DNA of 64,000 bases from Thermoplasmata archaeon (lineage in GTDB: Archaea > Thermoplasmatota > Thermoplasmata > RBG-16-68-12 > JAFNFQ01): NCBI GenBank assembly GCA_041489255.1, contig JBGPQV010000013.1, positions 1 to 64,000 on the forward strand. Reading direction: 5' to 3'. Numbering within the stretch: the stretch's first letter is position 1; the number at the start of each line of letters is the position of its first letter. Below are positions 39,879 to 51,300 of the stretch, one piece after another. The notes below the pieces were generated by a model. It was not told the origin of the DNA. It worked only from the letters and a program-made list of their open reading frames with translations, and searched no databases. The translations under genes were made by a program, and so were the position numbers.

Positions 39879-40652
39879 GTGTCCGCCTCCTCAAGATCCT
39901 GTCCGTTCTGCGGTCAATTGAACGGTTCTGCGTACGCCATGTGCGTGCGGTGCGGGAGGATACTCCCCCCGGTGACCATGGCCCCGCCAGCTGCGGCGCC
40001 GCCAATGTCGATGGCGGGAATGGGCATCCCTCCGCCTCCGCCCAGCCCACAGGAAATCGATCCGTTCGAGACGGTCTTCGACAGGCCGCTTACTCCGGAG
40101 GAACTCAGCGCGTTGAAGCGCGTCGAGCGCTCGCCCGCCATCGGGGCGACGAAGGTCATGGCCACGCTCTTCGGAATCGCTCCTCTCTTCCTGATGTTCA
40201 TGGCCTTCATGGGGACCCCGTTCGATCCAGCTGCCTTCCCCATGATCATGATCGGCTGCGCAGTCATCGCGGTTGCCATGGGGGCAGCATCGCGCGCGAA
40301 GAGGTACCCGGTGGATCTCACGATCACGAAGGGGAGCGTGAGGGAAGCTCGCGGTGTCCCCAAGAGAACGACGGGACCAACGGGGCAATCTGCTGTCCGG
40401 CTAGGAGATATCGAATTCGCTTCGACAGCGGCGGTCATGCAGAACCTGCAGGAAGGCCGCATGAACTCGGTCGTCTTCGTGCCCCCGAATGAATACGCGC
40501 CCAACGCTGCGGCGAGGAAGCGAGGGTGGATCCTCGGCGCGAACGGTATCATGTTCAAATCGCCCGTGTCGTGCTCGATCAACCCCGCCACGAACACCCA
40601 GGGCCCACCTCCACCGCCACCGACGATGCAATCGATCTGGGGAGGGAAGTGA
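39879..40652 (+). CDS. Zn-ribbon, Pro-rich, 2-TM membrane protein
   Basis: CPFC..CVRC N-terminus, poly-Pro tracts, two TM helices. Confidence 0.75.
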   Translation: MSASSRSCPFCGQLNGSAYAMCVRCGRILPPVTMAPPAAAPPMSMAGMGIPPPPPSPQEIDPFETVFDRPLTPEELSALKRVERSPAIGATKVMATLFGIAPLFLMFMAFMGTPFDPAAFPMIMIGCAVIAVAMGAASRAKRYPVDLTITKGSVREARGVPKRTTGPTGQSAVRLGDIEFASTAAVMQNLQEGRMNSVVFVPPNEYAPNAAARKRGWILGANGIMFKSPVSCSINPATNTQGPPPPPPTMQSIWGGK

Positions 40653-40653
40653 G

Positions 40654-41466
40654 ATGCGCGCATCCGTCTTGATCATCGTCTTCGCGGCGCTCTCAATGTT
40701 CCTTCTCTTCATGCCATCCGCCACCGCGGCGCCGGGGATCAGCATCCAGGGCTACGACACGGGCGGGAGCTTCACCCCGAACGACGGCACCTACCCCATA
40801 CCAGTCGGAGCGACGCTCGAGGTACGCATCTGGGACGACTTCTATGCCTGTAGCGACGCCACGGTCAATTGGGGCGACGGCACCGCACCCGACACCGGCG
40901 GCACCGGCAGCGGTTTCGCGCAGACGTACGAGCACGTCTACACCGCGGCGGGGACATACACGATCACCGCGACTCAGGACGTTTGCCCTGGAATCGTGTC
41001 AGCGAGAAAGGTGATAGAGGTCGGCGGCATGGGCAACATTTTCGACCCCTCGAGCCCGATGTTCTTTCTGATATTCTTCGCTCTTATCCTCGCGGTCGTC
41101 GCCCTCATCCTCGCGAACGCCAGGATTACGCCGCCGAGGCCCCGACCCGGAACACCGCAACAGAACGCTCCACGCCCCACGCCTGTCCCAAGGCTCGGGT
41201 ACTCCGGCATAAACGCGAACATGACGCATCACCTCGTGCGGCTGCGGGAGGTCCCGCCGGGGGCCCCTGTCCAGTACGACCCGCTCGGCCCGCCGCACAT
41301 CGACATGGTGTTCGGGAAGCCGACCAACATAGACCAGCAGGTCAACTGCAAGGCGTGCGGGTCGAAGCTGGGCTACACCGTCGAGGGCTGGTTCTGCATG
41401 AACCCGCACTGCCCGCTGATCGGCACTGGTCCGAAAGGGTTCACGCGAGGCACCCTGCAACTGTGA
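40654..41466 (+). CDS. PKD-domain single-pass membrane protein with cytoplasmic Zn ribbon
   Basis: Signal peptide, VNWGDGT..HVYTAAGTYTIT (PKD), TM helix, CKAC..CMNPHC. Confidence 0.8.
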   Translation: MRASVLIIVFAALSMFLLFMPSATAAPGISIQGYDTGGSFTPNDGTYPIPVGATLEVRIWDDFYACSDATVNWGDGTAPDTGGTGSGFAQTYEHVYTAAGTYTITATQDVCPGIVSARKVIEVGGMGNIFDPSSPMFFLIFFALILAVVALILANARITPPRPRPGTPQQNAPRPTPVPRLGYSGINANMTHHLVRLREVPPGAPVQYDPLGPPHIDMVFGKPTNIDQQVNCKACGSKLGYTVEGWFCMNPHCPLIGTGPKGFTRGTLQL

Positions 41467-41668
41467 GTTCATCCGAGATCCGGCGGGTCCGCGACGTTTC
41501 TTCCGAGGGCGGTGGAGCATTGGAGGAACCATTGCCCGCTCATCGTCGATTCCAGTCTCGCAGGCTCGATTCAGGCTCGAAATCAGACTTCTTCCCGATA
41601 AGGCGTCACCTTCTATGCTGGAGAAAACATTAACCCCTTGAAATGATTCAGCTTCGTGTGAGGATTGC

Positions 41669-42388
41669 ATGCTTGAGGTGAGGAACCTATCCAAGAGCTT
41701 CCGCAAGGTCAAAGCGGTAATCGACCTCAGCCTCGCCGTGGGGAATGGGGAGGCGGTCGGCCTGGTCGGACCGAATGGCTCCGGGAAGACGACGACGCTG
41801 AGGTGCATTTGCGGCATCATGAAGCCGGACGCCGGCGAGGTCTCATTCAACGGGGTCAACCTCTACGACAATCCGGTGGAGGCGAAGCGGGGCCTCGCGT
41901 TCGTTCCAGAGATACCATACCCGATCTCCTACCTCACGGTGTGGGAGCACATGACGTTCATGGCGCGCGCGTACTCCGCAAGGGGGTGGGAGCGGAAGGC
42001 GGAGGATCTCCTTAATGCATTCAATATGACCGAGAAGAGGGACGAGTACTGCATCAGGCTGTCGAAAGGAATGAAGCAGAAGGTGATGCTGATGTCGGCG
42101 TTCGTCCACGAACCCTCGGTGCTGGTCATGGACGAGCCGCTGTATGGCATCGATCCCCAGGGTAGCTATGAGCTCAAGAGGCGAGTGAAGGAAATCCTCT
42201 CGAGAGGGGCTAGCGTCTTGGTCAGCTCGCACACGCTGAGCCTGATCGAGGAGGTCTGCGCGCGAGTTGCGATCATGAGCAAGGGCAGGATAATCGCTGC
42301 GGGCAACTACGAAGAGCTCAGGAAGCGGGTCGCCGCCAAGAAGGACGCGAGCTTCGAGGAAGTGTTCGTGAAGATAACAGGGGGATAG
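41669..42388 (+). CDS. ABC transporter ATP-binding protein
   Basis: GPNGSGKTT, LSKGMKQK, MDEP, SSH. Confidence 0.95.
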   Translation: MLEVRNLSKSFRKVKAVIDLSLAVGNGEAVGLVGPNGSGKTTTLRCICGIMKPDAGEVSFNGVNLYDNPVEAKRGLAFVPEIPYPISYLTVWEHMTFMARAYSARGWERKAEDLLNAFNMTEKRDEYCIRLSKGMKQKVMLMSAFVHEPSVLVMDEPLYGIDPQGSYELKRRVKEILSRGASVLVSSHTLSLIEEVCARVAIMSKGRIIAAGNYEELRKRVAAKKDASFEEVFVKITGG

Positions 42389-42389
42389 A

Positions 42390-44057
42390 TTGGACAAGGA
42401 AGGGATCAAGCTCCTCCAGTGGATGCAAATCAGGCTGTTCATCAACAGGACGCGATACGTGCTATCCTTGTGGATGGTTCGACTTCTTCTGTGTCTCTAC
42501 GTTTTCCTGGCCACTTTCCTGTTGATTCCTTTAGTGCAGTCGTTCGGGAGCTTGGCCTATTCATTCCATATCTCCCTGGCCTCTAGGCAGTTCTTCGTTT
42601 TCATAATCCTTTTCATGGGAGCGATATCTACGGTATTCTTGGCATTCCCCGGGATGATCCTGAAGACATACGAGCAGGACATCTTGCTCGTGATACCAGC
42701 AAGTGCCCAGACAGTCATCCGCTCGAGGTTGCTCACGAACCTCTACCTGTTGTCGATTGCATCTCTCGGAATCAGCTTGTTCGCGCTCTTCATAGAGTAT
42801 ATAGCCGCCGGAGCCAATATCCTGCTGCGCCTGCCATTCGCGTTCGTCTCGGTCTTCCTCCTCATGATTGGCTGTGCCGGGGCAGCGTGGCTCCTCAATG
42901 GGCTGATGAAGAAGTACCGCGAGGTCGACCTTGCAGTCAACGTGTTCGTAGGTTTGTCGGTGATCATTTCCCTCATCCTGTTCTTCTGGGCGATGGCGTA
43001 CAATCCCTACGTGATCGGATGGTTCCTGGACAGCTCGCTCGTCAGGGCATTTCTGGTCGTGCCTTCCATTTGCATGGACGTAATCATTTTCGGAGGTTTT
43101 TCCCTAGACACGCTGGCACAACTGCTGATCTTGGCGGGAATTGCCGGCCTTTTCGCTGGGCTCGCGTACAAGTTCGACTATGCGCTCTACGAGGGCGAGA
43201 TATCCCCTTACCATGCATCTATGGGCAGGGGTGGCGAGCGGGAGTCACCGCCATCGCCCGCATGGGTCCGCAGGATTGAAAAGCTGGTCAGGATCCGCTA
43301 CTACGACCGCGGGGAGGGCGCGAAGGCGGTCTTCGGTTGTGCTTACTCGACCGGTTTCGGCGTGAACTTCTCTATTGGCTTGGTTCTGGGATTCCTCGTC
43401 GTACTTTTCGCCTTCCTGTTCTCCGGCGGCACACGTTCATGGGTTCAGTTTCAGCTCATTTTCGTGGTGCCCATGTTCATGTTCTTCTCGCTTCTGATGG
43501 GCAGCATGGCGGGGCAAAGCACCCAATCCGTACGCCGGGACATCCTGCGCATGATTCCGGTCGAAGGGAGAAGGAAGCTGGTTGCCCTCATCCTCCCGGG
43601 CCTCCTGCAGATCGGTGCTTGCTACCTGATCGCCCTGGTTGCCGCAATCGCAATCACGCCAGTGTACTGGCCCCTTTTCGCGTTCGAAGTGTTCATGGTG
43701 TCTCCAATGATGCTCATTTCCGGATACGTCACCGGAGTTTGCATCCAGGCGGTGCCATCTTTGGCGGAGTTATCGACAATGTCCGAAGGAACGGTCTTCC
43801 CCCTCGCCGCGCAACGGAGGGCATTCCCAAATCAGACCTTTATGATCATACCTATGCTCTGGATGTTCTGCATTTTCGCATTCATGTTCATCCTGTTCCT
43901 CCAGCCCGCTATCGTCATAACCGGTGTGTTCCTCATGGGTTCACTGATGCCGATCTTGGCATACTACATGTTCGAGAAGAGCGCCGAGGAGCTCGACGTC
44001 CTGAGGCCAAAAGGCAGGAAGGACGGGACGATAATAGGAACGCGACTCTCACACTGA
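42390..44057 (+). CDS. Putative ABC exporter permease
   Basis: About 12 TM helices, immediately downstream of the ABC ATPase. Confidence 0.8.
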   Translation: MDKEGIKLLQWMQIRLFINRTRYVLSLWMVRLLLCLYVFLATFLLIPLVQSFGSLAYSFHISLASRQFFVFIILFMGAISTVFLAFPGMILKTYEQDILLVIPASAQTVIRSRLLTNLYLLSIASLGISLFALFIEYIAAGANILLRLPFAFVSVFLLMIGCAGAAWLLNGLMKKYREVDLAVNVFVGLSVIISLILFFWAMAYNPYVIGWFLDSSLVRAFLVVPSICMDVIIFGGFSLDTLAQLLILAGIAGLFAGLAYKFDYALYEGEISPYHASMGRGGERESPPSPAWVRRIEKLVRIRYYDRGEGAKAVFGCAYSTGFGVNFSIGLVLGFLVVLFAFLFSGGTRSWVQFQLIFVVPMFMFFSLLMGSMAGQSTQSVRRDILRMIPVEGRRKLVALILPGLLQIGACYLIALVAAIAITPVYWPLFAFEVFMVSPMMLISGYVTGVCIQAVPSLAELSTMSEGTVFPLAAQRRAFPNQTFMIIPMLWMFCIFAFMFILFLQPAIVITGVFLMGSLMPILAYYMFEKSAEELDVLRPKGRKDGTIIGTRLSH

Positions 44058-44213
44058 GGAGGCGATCGGCCGCTCGGAAATGGCCCGCGCGGCTCATTTC
44101 GCTTATCGCGAATGAAAATTGGCGGCACGCCCTTATGAGCTATCACTCAGCTTGATTAACATGGCCTAGGAGCTGGCGAGCCCGCGGGCCAAGAATCAGT
44201 CCGAGGTGTTGTC

Positions 44214-45068
44214 ATGCCGATGGAACCCAAGAGACCGATGAACCCCCCGAAGCCGATGAAAGCCACGCTGCTGAAGCTGTTCGTCATAAACAACGACGGC
44301 GAGTACGCAGGCGAGTACGCGGTCGACGAAGACTGCGCGGTCGAGTATGCGGACTGCATCGCTGCGATGGGGAGCGCGGCCGTCGAGGACATGCAGACGA
44401 TCTTCATGGGCCAGCTAAGGATTACGATGATCGCGGGCACCAGCTTCAACCTGCTCGCCGTGTCCAGCGGGCCGCTCGGATCGCAGGAGCTGACGTGGGC
44501 GAAGGCGACGCTGACGATGAGCGAGGCGGTTTTCAACCGCGTTCTCGAGGACAGGAAGCAGCAGCAGCCGGTCAGGGACGAAGGACTCGTGTCCGAGCTG
44601 AAGACCGTCAAGGGGAAGCTGAGCGAGGTCGAGTCGCAGCTCATGGTCGAGAAGTCGAAGGCGGAGCAGGAGAAGAGGACCCTCAAGGAGCATGTTACTG
44701 AGCTCCAGTCGAAGGTCGGGCGGGCGGAAGACCTGGAGAAGCAGCTCGCCACCGCGGCCGGCAGGGAGCAGCAGCTCAAGAGGGAGATGCAGTCGAAGCA
44801 GGAGTCGATGCGGGGCATCGAGATGACGATTTCCAGGGCGATCGAGAGGGAGGAGGAGCTGCGTAGGAAGTTCGACTCTATGAAGGCTGAGAACGAGAGC
44901 CTGAGGAACATGGCGGCGACGGTCTCGGAGACGAAGCGCGAGGTCGATGCGCGCATGGAGCTGATCAACAGGAAGGCGGCGGAGCTGCTCGAGAAGGAGG
45001 ACGAGCTGAAGATGAGGGAGAGGAACACGCGGACGCTGCCGATCCAGGTATTCGGCGGTGAACGCTAG
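44214..45068 (+). CDS. Hypothetical protein: N-terminal alpha/beta domain plus long coiled coil
   Basis: RBS GAGGTG upstream; E/K/R/Q-rich heptad region over the last ~160 aa. Confidence 0.8.
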   Translation: MPMEPKRPMNPPKPMKATLLKLFVINNDGEYAGEYAVDEDCAVEYADCIAAMGSAAVEDMQTIFMGQLRITMIAGTSFNLLAVSSGPLGSQELTWAKATLTMSEAVFNRVLEDRKQQQPVRDEGLVSELKTVKGKLSEVESQLMVEKSKAEQEKRTLKEHVTELQSKVGRAEDLEKQLATAAGREQQLKREMQSKQESMRGIEMTISRAIEREEELRRKFDSMKAENESLRNMAATVSETKREVDARMELINRKAAELLEKEDELKMRERNTRTLPIQVFGGER

Positions 45069-45399
45069 CAGCCGCGGGCGTGGCCGGGCGGGATCCGTCG
45101 GCTGTCGGTGGAACGCGGCTCTCCCCACGTCCATGAGATTCGTCTCCTCTGACGGTTGGCGGGCTACTGACCTGAAAATCCGGGAATCTGGACTCAATGG
45201 ATGGGACCGAGGCGGCATTCGTCAAAAAACGCGTCTTGGATATGGAGGAGAGTGTGTTTCTGCCCCGAAATGATGATTCTCACTTCCGTCATTGACGCGG
45301 GTATGCTTAAATATCACGAGATTTTTATCGGAGCCAGAATATACTAAGAATTCCCCCGGATAATACGTGGCGGTTTTCGGAGTAATAGAGGTGAATCAC

Positions 45400-48300
45400 T
45401 TGAGTACGGAGAATGAGCTTGAGCCAGTGAAAAGTTGGCCCGTGAGACGGATCGTGTGGATGTTCGGATTTGTGTTTCTCCTGGCGCTGGTGGCGCTCAT
45501 GATGAGCAGCCAGGGAGGCCAGGCCTCCCAGACCCTCGGGGACACGACGATATCCACGCCCGGGAACGTGTGGGCGGATGACACCTACTACATGGAGGGC
45601 AACCTGACGATTGCGAGCGGCGGGGAGTTGACGATGGACAATGTGATCCTCCAATTCAACATCACCAGCGACGGCGAGCACTGGCTTTCGGTGGAGGGCG
45701 GGAGCACGTTCGACGTCATGGGCGGAACCTTGATCAGGTCGAGCAGCTCGAGCCACTACAACTTCTGGATTGAAGCCACAAGCACATGGAGGATCAGGGA
45801 TACCATCATCGAATATGCCGGCTACGCAGCGGCAGGAAGCAGGGGTGTGAGCATCAAGACCTTGCCGACGGCGGACGTGGTGCTCGACAACGTCGAGATA
45901 CGCTACAGCAAAGGCAACGGCATCTACTGGGCAAGCGACTTCAGATCGTTGACACTGACGAATTGCCTCATACACGACAATTCTGGGAACGGAATATTCT
46001 TCCCCGGCCCGAATTCGGGGACATCGACCTTGAGACTGGATGGCACCGAGATATACGACAATGGCCAGGGTGGCATCTACGTCGAGGGAATGAACGGCGC
46101 GATGTTCTCCATAAGCATTGTCGACAGCGACCTGGAGGACAATGCCAATGAAGGAGCCGTGACTTTCGATCACGCCACGAGCTCGACTATTGACGTGTCC
46201 GTGGTCAGGAGCGTTCTGGCGTACAACATGCATGGTGTGTACCTCGTCTACGGCAGCTACATTGACATGACCGTCAGCGTCGAAAACAGCACGGTGTCCT
46301 TCAACGGCAACCGCGGCCTATCCACATGGGGCACTGACCACGCCAACATCGACTACATCGTGACAGACAGCACGCTGGAAGGGAACGGCATGTCACTGTC
46401 GGATTATTACCACTACGGAGGTAACGTGAGCATGACCGTGGTTCGCAGCAGCATCATCAACGGCGCTTCGGACTGCCTCATGGTAGGTGACGTGCAGGAT
46501 GGCAGCGTCAACGTAGTCATGCGCGACAGCACCATCGCAGGTTGCGGCGGGCATGGGGTATTGACTTACATTACCTACAATGCCGATGTGAGCGTCCATC
46601 TATCGAACACCACCGTGGCGGGCAATTCCTATGGTGTTGGGGAATATTCGCTGTATGGGGGCAACTACACACTCACGGTGGATCAGGATAGCAGCATCTC
46701 GGGCAACTCCAACGACGGCATTGTCATTGACGGCATAACGGCCGGGAACATGACGGTCGTCTTGGATGACAGCGACTTCAACGACAACGGAAACCACGGC
46801 ATCTCGATTCTGCCGAACGGTTACGCGTATCTTGTGAGGGATCCGCAGATCAGCCTCAACCGCGTTCTCATTTTGCGGAACGGTTACTATGGGTTCTATA
46901 TGGGCGACTACGCCGCGAATGTGAATCTCGCCCCGGTCTTCAATGACGTTGTGCTCAACAGCAACTACGGAGGCATATACTTCATCGGGAAGATGGGCGG
47001 GACATTCACGTTCCACCCAACCAGCACATTCATCATCGCCGACACGTACGGCTGGTCCTCGGAGTATGGCTTGTACATAGGACCGATGTACGGTGCCGAC
47101 CTCATGGTCGACTTGTCGCGCGCGCAGATCATGGACCAGTCATCGGACGGTATCTACATCGAAGGGTCGTCTATCGTCATGCCTCAGGAGGACTGGCTGC
47201 CGGGCGGTAGGATGGGCACGTCGGCGGTGTTCACCGGACAATATTACTATGTATTCGGTGGGACGACCTGTTTCGGCAACTGCGACACCTCCGAGATTGT
47301 GAAGTTCGATTCGGTCACCCACAGCACTTGGACGATCGCAACCGCCCTACCATCCTCCAGGATGTTCACGTCCGCGGTGTGGGATGGCGGCAATTTCGTC
47401 TACATATTCGGCGGGGAGCAGAACTGGCATGGAACGTTCCTCAACGACATCCTGCGGTTCGATATCAGGGATGAGTCGATATCGCTCTTGCCCGTTGTCT
47501 TGCCGAACGCGCGCATGGGGACATCCGCCATCTGGGACGGGCAGTACGCCTACATCTTCGGCGGTTACGACGGTTCTCCACGGAATGAGATATACAAGTT
47601 CGATCCCGTGGCGGGATCCATATCCACGGTCGGTTACCTGCCAAGCTCCGGCGGCTACTGGGCATCCGCGGTGTTCGACGGGACATATGGGTACATCTTC
47701 GGCGGCTACGACAACTGCTGGAACTACTGCACTCTCGATCTGATTGTCCGTTTCAATCCCATCACCGGCGCCACGACCGTCGTGGGTCATCTGCCAATGT
47801 CGCAGCAGGGCGCGTCGGCTGTCTGGTCCGGGAACCATGCAATCATCTTGGGCGGGGACCAATACAACTTTGGAAATTGGTGGGTAACCAGTGGAAACGT
47901 CATCGCATATGACCCGTCTACAAACGAGGTGGAATCCGTCCAGGGGCTGCCAGACGGGAGATCGTACGCTTCTGCCGCCACCGATGGCACGGGCAGGGTC
48001 GCCCTGTTTGGAGGAGCCTACACGACTCCGGTCGATGGAGTATACTCTGAGATATTCCTATTGGATGTCAGCTCGCTTTCCGTTCCCAATCAGATGAACA
48101 TCTCGATGCAGGACACCATCAGCATCGGGAACGGCGGCAGCGGCTTCTATCTCAACATGGTGATTGGAGTCGACCTCGGCATCACGACAACGGATGGCGA
48201 CTTCGGAAACAATAACTTTGGCATCTACCTGCAGAGTGCCTACCGGAGCTACCTGACTCTAAGCGTGACAGACAGCGATCTCGCGGAGAACAGCAATTCG

Positions 48301-51300
48301 GGCATTTTCCTCAACTACTTCGAGAACACCGATTCGGTCATCGACATCTTGGGCAGCAACATGAGCGAGTCCCAGAACGGTTTCTACATCTACCAATTCA
48401 GGCACAGTGCCACAACGACGCACATCGAGAACAACACGTTCGATTTCGTGAACTACGCGATTTACCTGGAGTATCCCTCATTCTTCGACGTGAACACGCA
48501 GGACCTAAGGGCCAGCTACTTCTACATATACAACAACGTCGCGCACGAGGTCTACTACAGCTTCATCTACTACGATCAAAACTACAACGCGCCGATCTAC
48601 TTCTACATCGACAACGTCGTGGCAACGGGAGACCCGAGCAGTTTCTGGAGCGTGTATTTCTTTGACTTCGAGTATGCCAATTATGGTGACCTGCATGTCT
48701 GGATCAATAACGCACAGGTTTCGGACGGAGGTTACGGGCTGTACTACTACATGGACCAAAGAGCCGACGCATACATCACGATCCAGAACAGCGTCTTCAC
48801 GGATGTGTACTACGGTCTCTACCTCTATTACCCCGCGTACTTCGCGGACCTGTTCAAACTGGACATCGTGAACACGGAGTTCTACGTATCCGAGTACGGC
48901 TACGGGATGTACATCTATTATCTGGGCGACGACTACGGGTGTCGCTTCGAGATGACGATGGTGGACTCGCTTTTCGATGACTACTCGGGAGACAGCTACT
49001 GGTACGAGTACGGGATCTACGTCGAAGAGGGCTACTACGGAGCGCATTCCTGGACGTTGATAAACACCGACTTCGTCAACTACTACGACTACGGCTGGTA
49101 TCTGGAAAACATCCAATACGGCGAGAAGGTTTCCATCTGGATGTACGGCGGAAGCTTCCGCGGCGCGCCGGGCACGTATGCCGTGTCCATCTACGTCTAC
49201 CAGGAGTACTACGACGGCACCTGGGACATCAACCTCGTGAGCGTCGACGGGGACCAGGCATACGAGATCGATGACAGCGACGGCGACATGTACCAGTCTT
49301 TCGTCACGGTGTATTGGTACATCGATGTGACGGTGTACACGGGCCTGAACCTCGACCTGCCCGCGCCGAACGTGAACGTTCTGGCGTATGACAACGGCGG
49401 CGGGGTGGTCGCCGGCGGCATGACGGACAGCTCCGGAGTGGTCACCGGGCTCATCGCCAAGCAGTACAGGATGAGCTACGGCTACTTCGAGGCCTTCACG
49501 CCGCACAGCGTCGTCGCGTCTAATGGCATGACGAGCACCTCTGCGACGGTCTCGCTTGCAGGGGCTGACCAGAGCGTCGTGCTGCACCTCACTGGTGACG
49601 CTGACGGGGACGGCCTCAACGACGTGATCGATCCAGATGATGACAACGACGGCTACTCCGACAACAATGACGCGTTCCCGAACGACCCGAACGAATGGCG
49701 GGACACCGACGCGGACGGGATAGGCGACAATGCGGACCCGGACGACGACAACGATAGCTACTTGGACACCGTCGACAAGTTCCCGCAGAATCCCAATGAG
49801 TGGAACGACACCGACAACGACGGCATCGGCGACAACTCCGATCCAGACATTGACGGTGACGGCTATCTCAACAGCAATGACGCTTTCCCGTATGATCCGA
49901 CAGAATGGCGGGACACCGACAACGACGGCATCGGCGACAACAGCGACCCTGACATCGACGGCGATGGCTACCTGAACAGCAATGACGCCTTCCCCTATGA
50001 CCCGAGCGAGTGGAGAGACACGAACGGGGACGGGGTCGGCGACAACAAGGACTGGGACATAGACGGTGACGGCGTTGGGAATGAGAACGACGCCTTCCCG
50101 TACAACCCGAACGAATGGCGGGACACGGACAACGATGGTATCGGCGACAACAGCGACCCGGACATCGATGGTGACGGGGTCAACAATGCCCAGGACGCGT
50201 TCCCGTACGATCCGAAGGAATGGAGCGACACCGACAGTGACGGGATTGGCGACAACTCCGACCCCGACATCGACGGTGACAGCTACCTCAACAGCAATGA
50301 CGCGTTCCCGTACAACCCGAACGAATGGCGGGACACCGATGCGGACGGGATAGGCGACAACTCAGATCCTGACGATGACAACGACGGGCGTCTGGACACG
50401 GTCGATGCATTCCCGAAGAACCCGAACGAGTGGGCTGACACTGACGGAGACGGCATCGGCGACAACTCAGACCCCGATATCGACAATGACGGCTACCTCA
50501 ACGGCAACGACGCCTTCCCCTACGATGCGAACGAATGGCGGGACACCGACAACGACGGCACGGGGGACAACAGCGACCCGGACATAGACGGTGACGGTGT
50601 CAACAACGCGCAGGACGATTTCCCATACGATCCGAACGAGTGGAGCGACCTCGACAATGATGGTGTCGGAGACAACAAGGACTGGGACATAGACGGGGAC
50701 GGGGTCTCGAACGACCAGGACAGGTTCCCGAGGGATCCCAACGAGTGGCGTGACACCGACGGTGACGGGATAGGCGACAACGCGGACACCGACGATGACG
50801 GCGACGGCGTGCCGGACACCACGGACGTGTTCCCGAAGAACCCGAACGAGTGGGCTGACATGGACGGCGACGGCGTCGGCGACAACTCCGACCCGGACAT
50901 CGACGGCGACGGCTATCTCAACGCCAACGACGCATTCCCGAATGACGATTCTGAATGGCGGGATACTGACAACGACGGCGTCGGGGACAATGTGGACACG
51001 GACAAGGACGGCGATGGCGTCCTCAACACGCAGGACGACTTCCCGCTGGACCCGAGCGAGTGGTCGGACATGGACGGCGACGGCGTCGGCGACAACAGCG
51101 ACATAGACATCGACGGCGACGGGACGCTCAACGTCGTGGACGAGGCCCCCTCGGACCCGACGAGGTCGGGGACAATCTTCCAGCAGCCGCAGCCAGCCCC
51201 CGCCCCGCCGGACTACACGATGATCCTGGCGGTGATCGCGGGGCTGATGATCGTCCTGCTCCTCGTCATGGTGATGTCGATGTTCAGGAAGGGCAAGCCC

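Noticed and set aside
49594-51160. 105-bp periodic repeats as CRISPR or a DGR template/variable pair
   Set aside because: They are in-frame coding TSP3 repeats with largely synonymous variation; no adenine-specific pattern was noticed and there is no reverse transcriptase.
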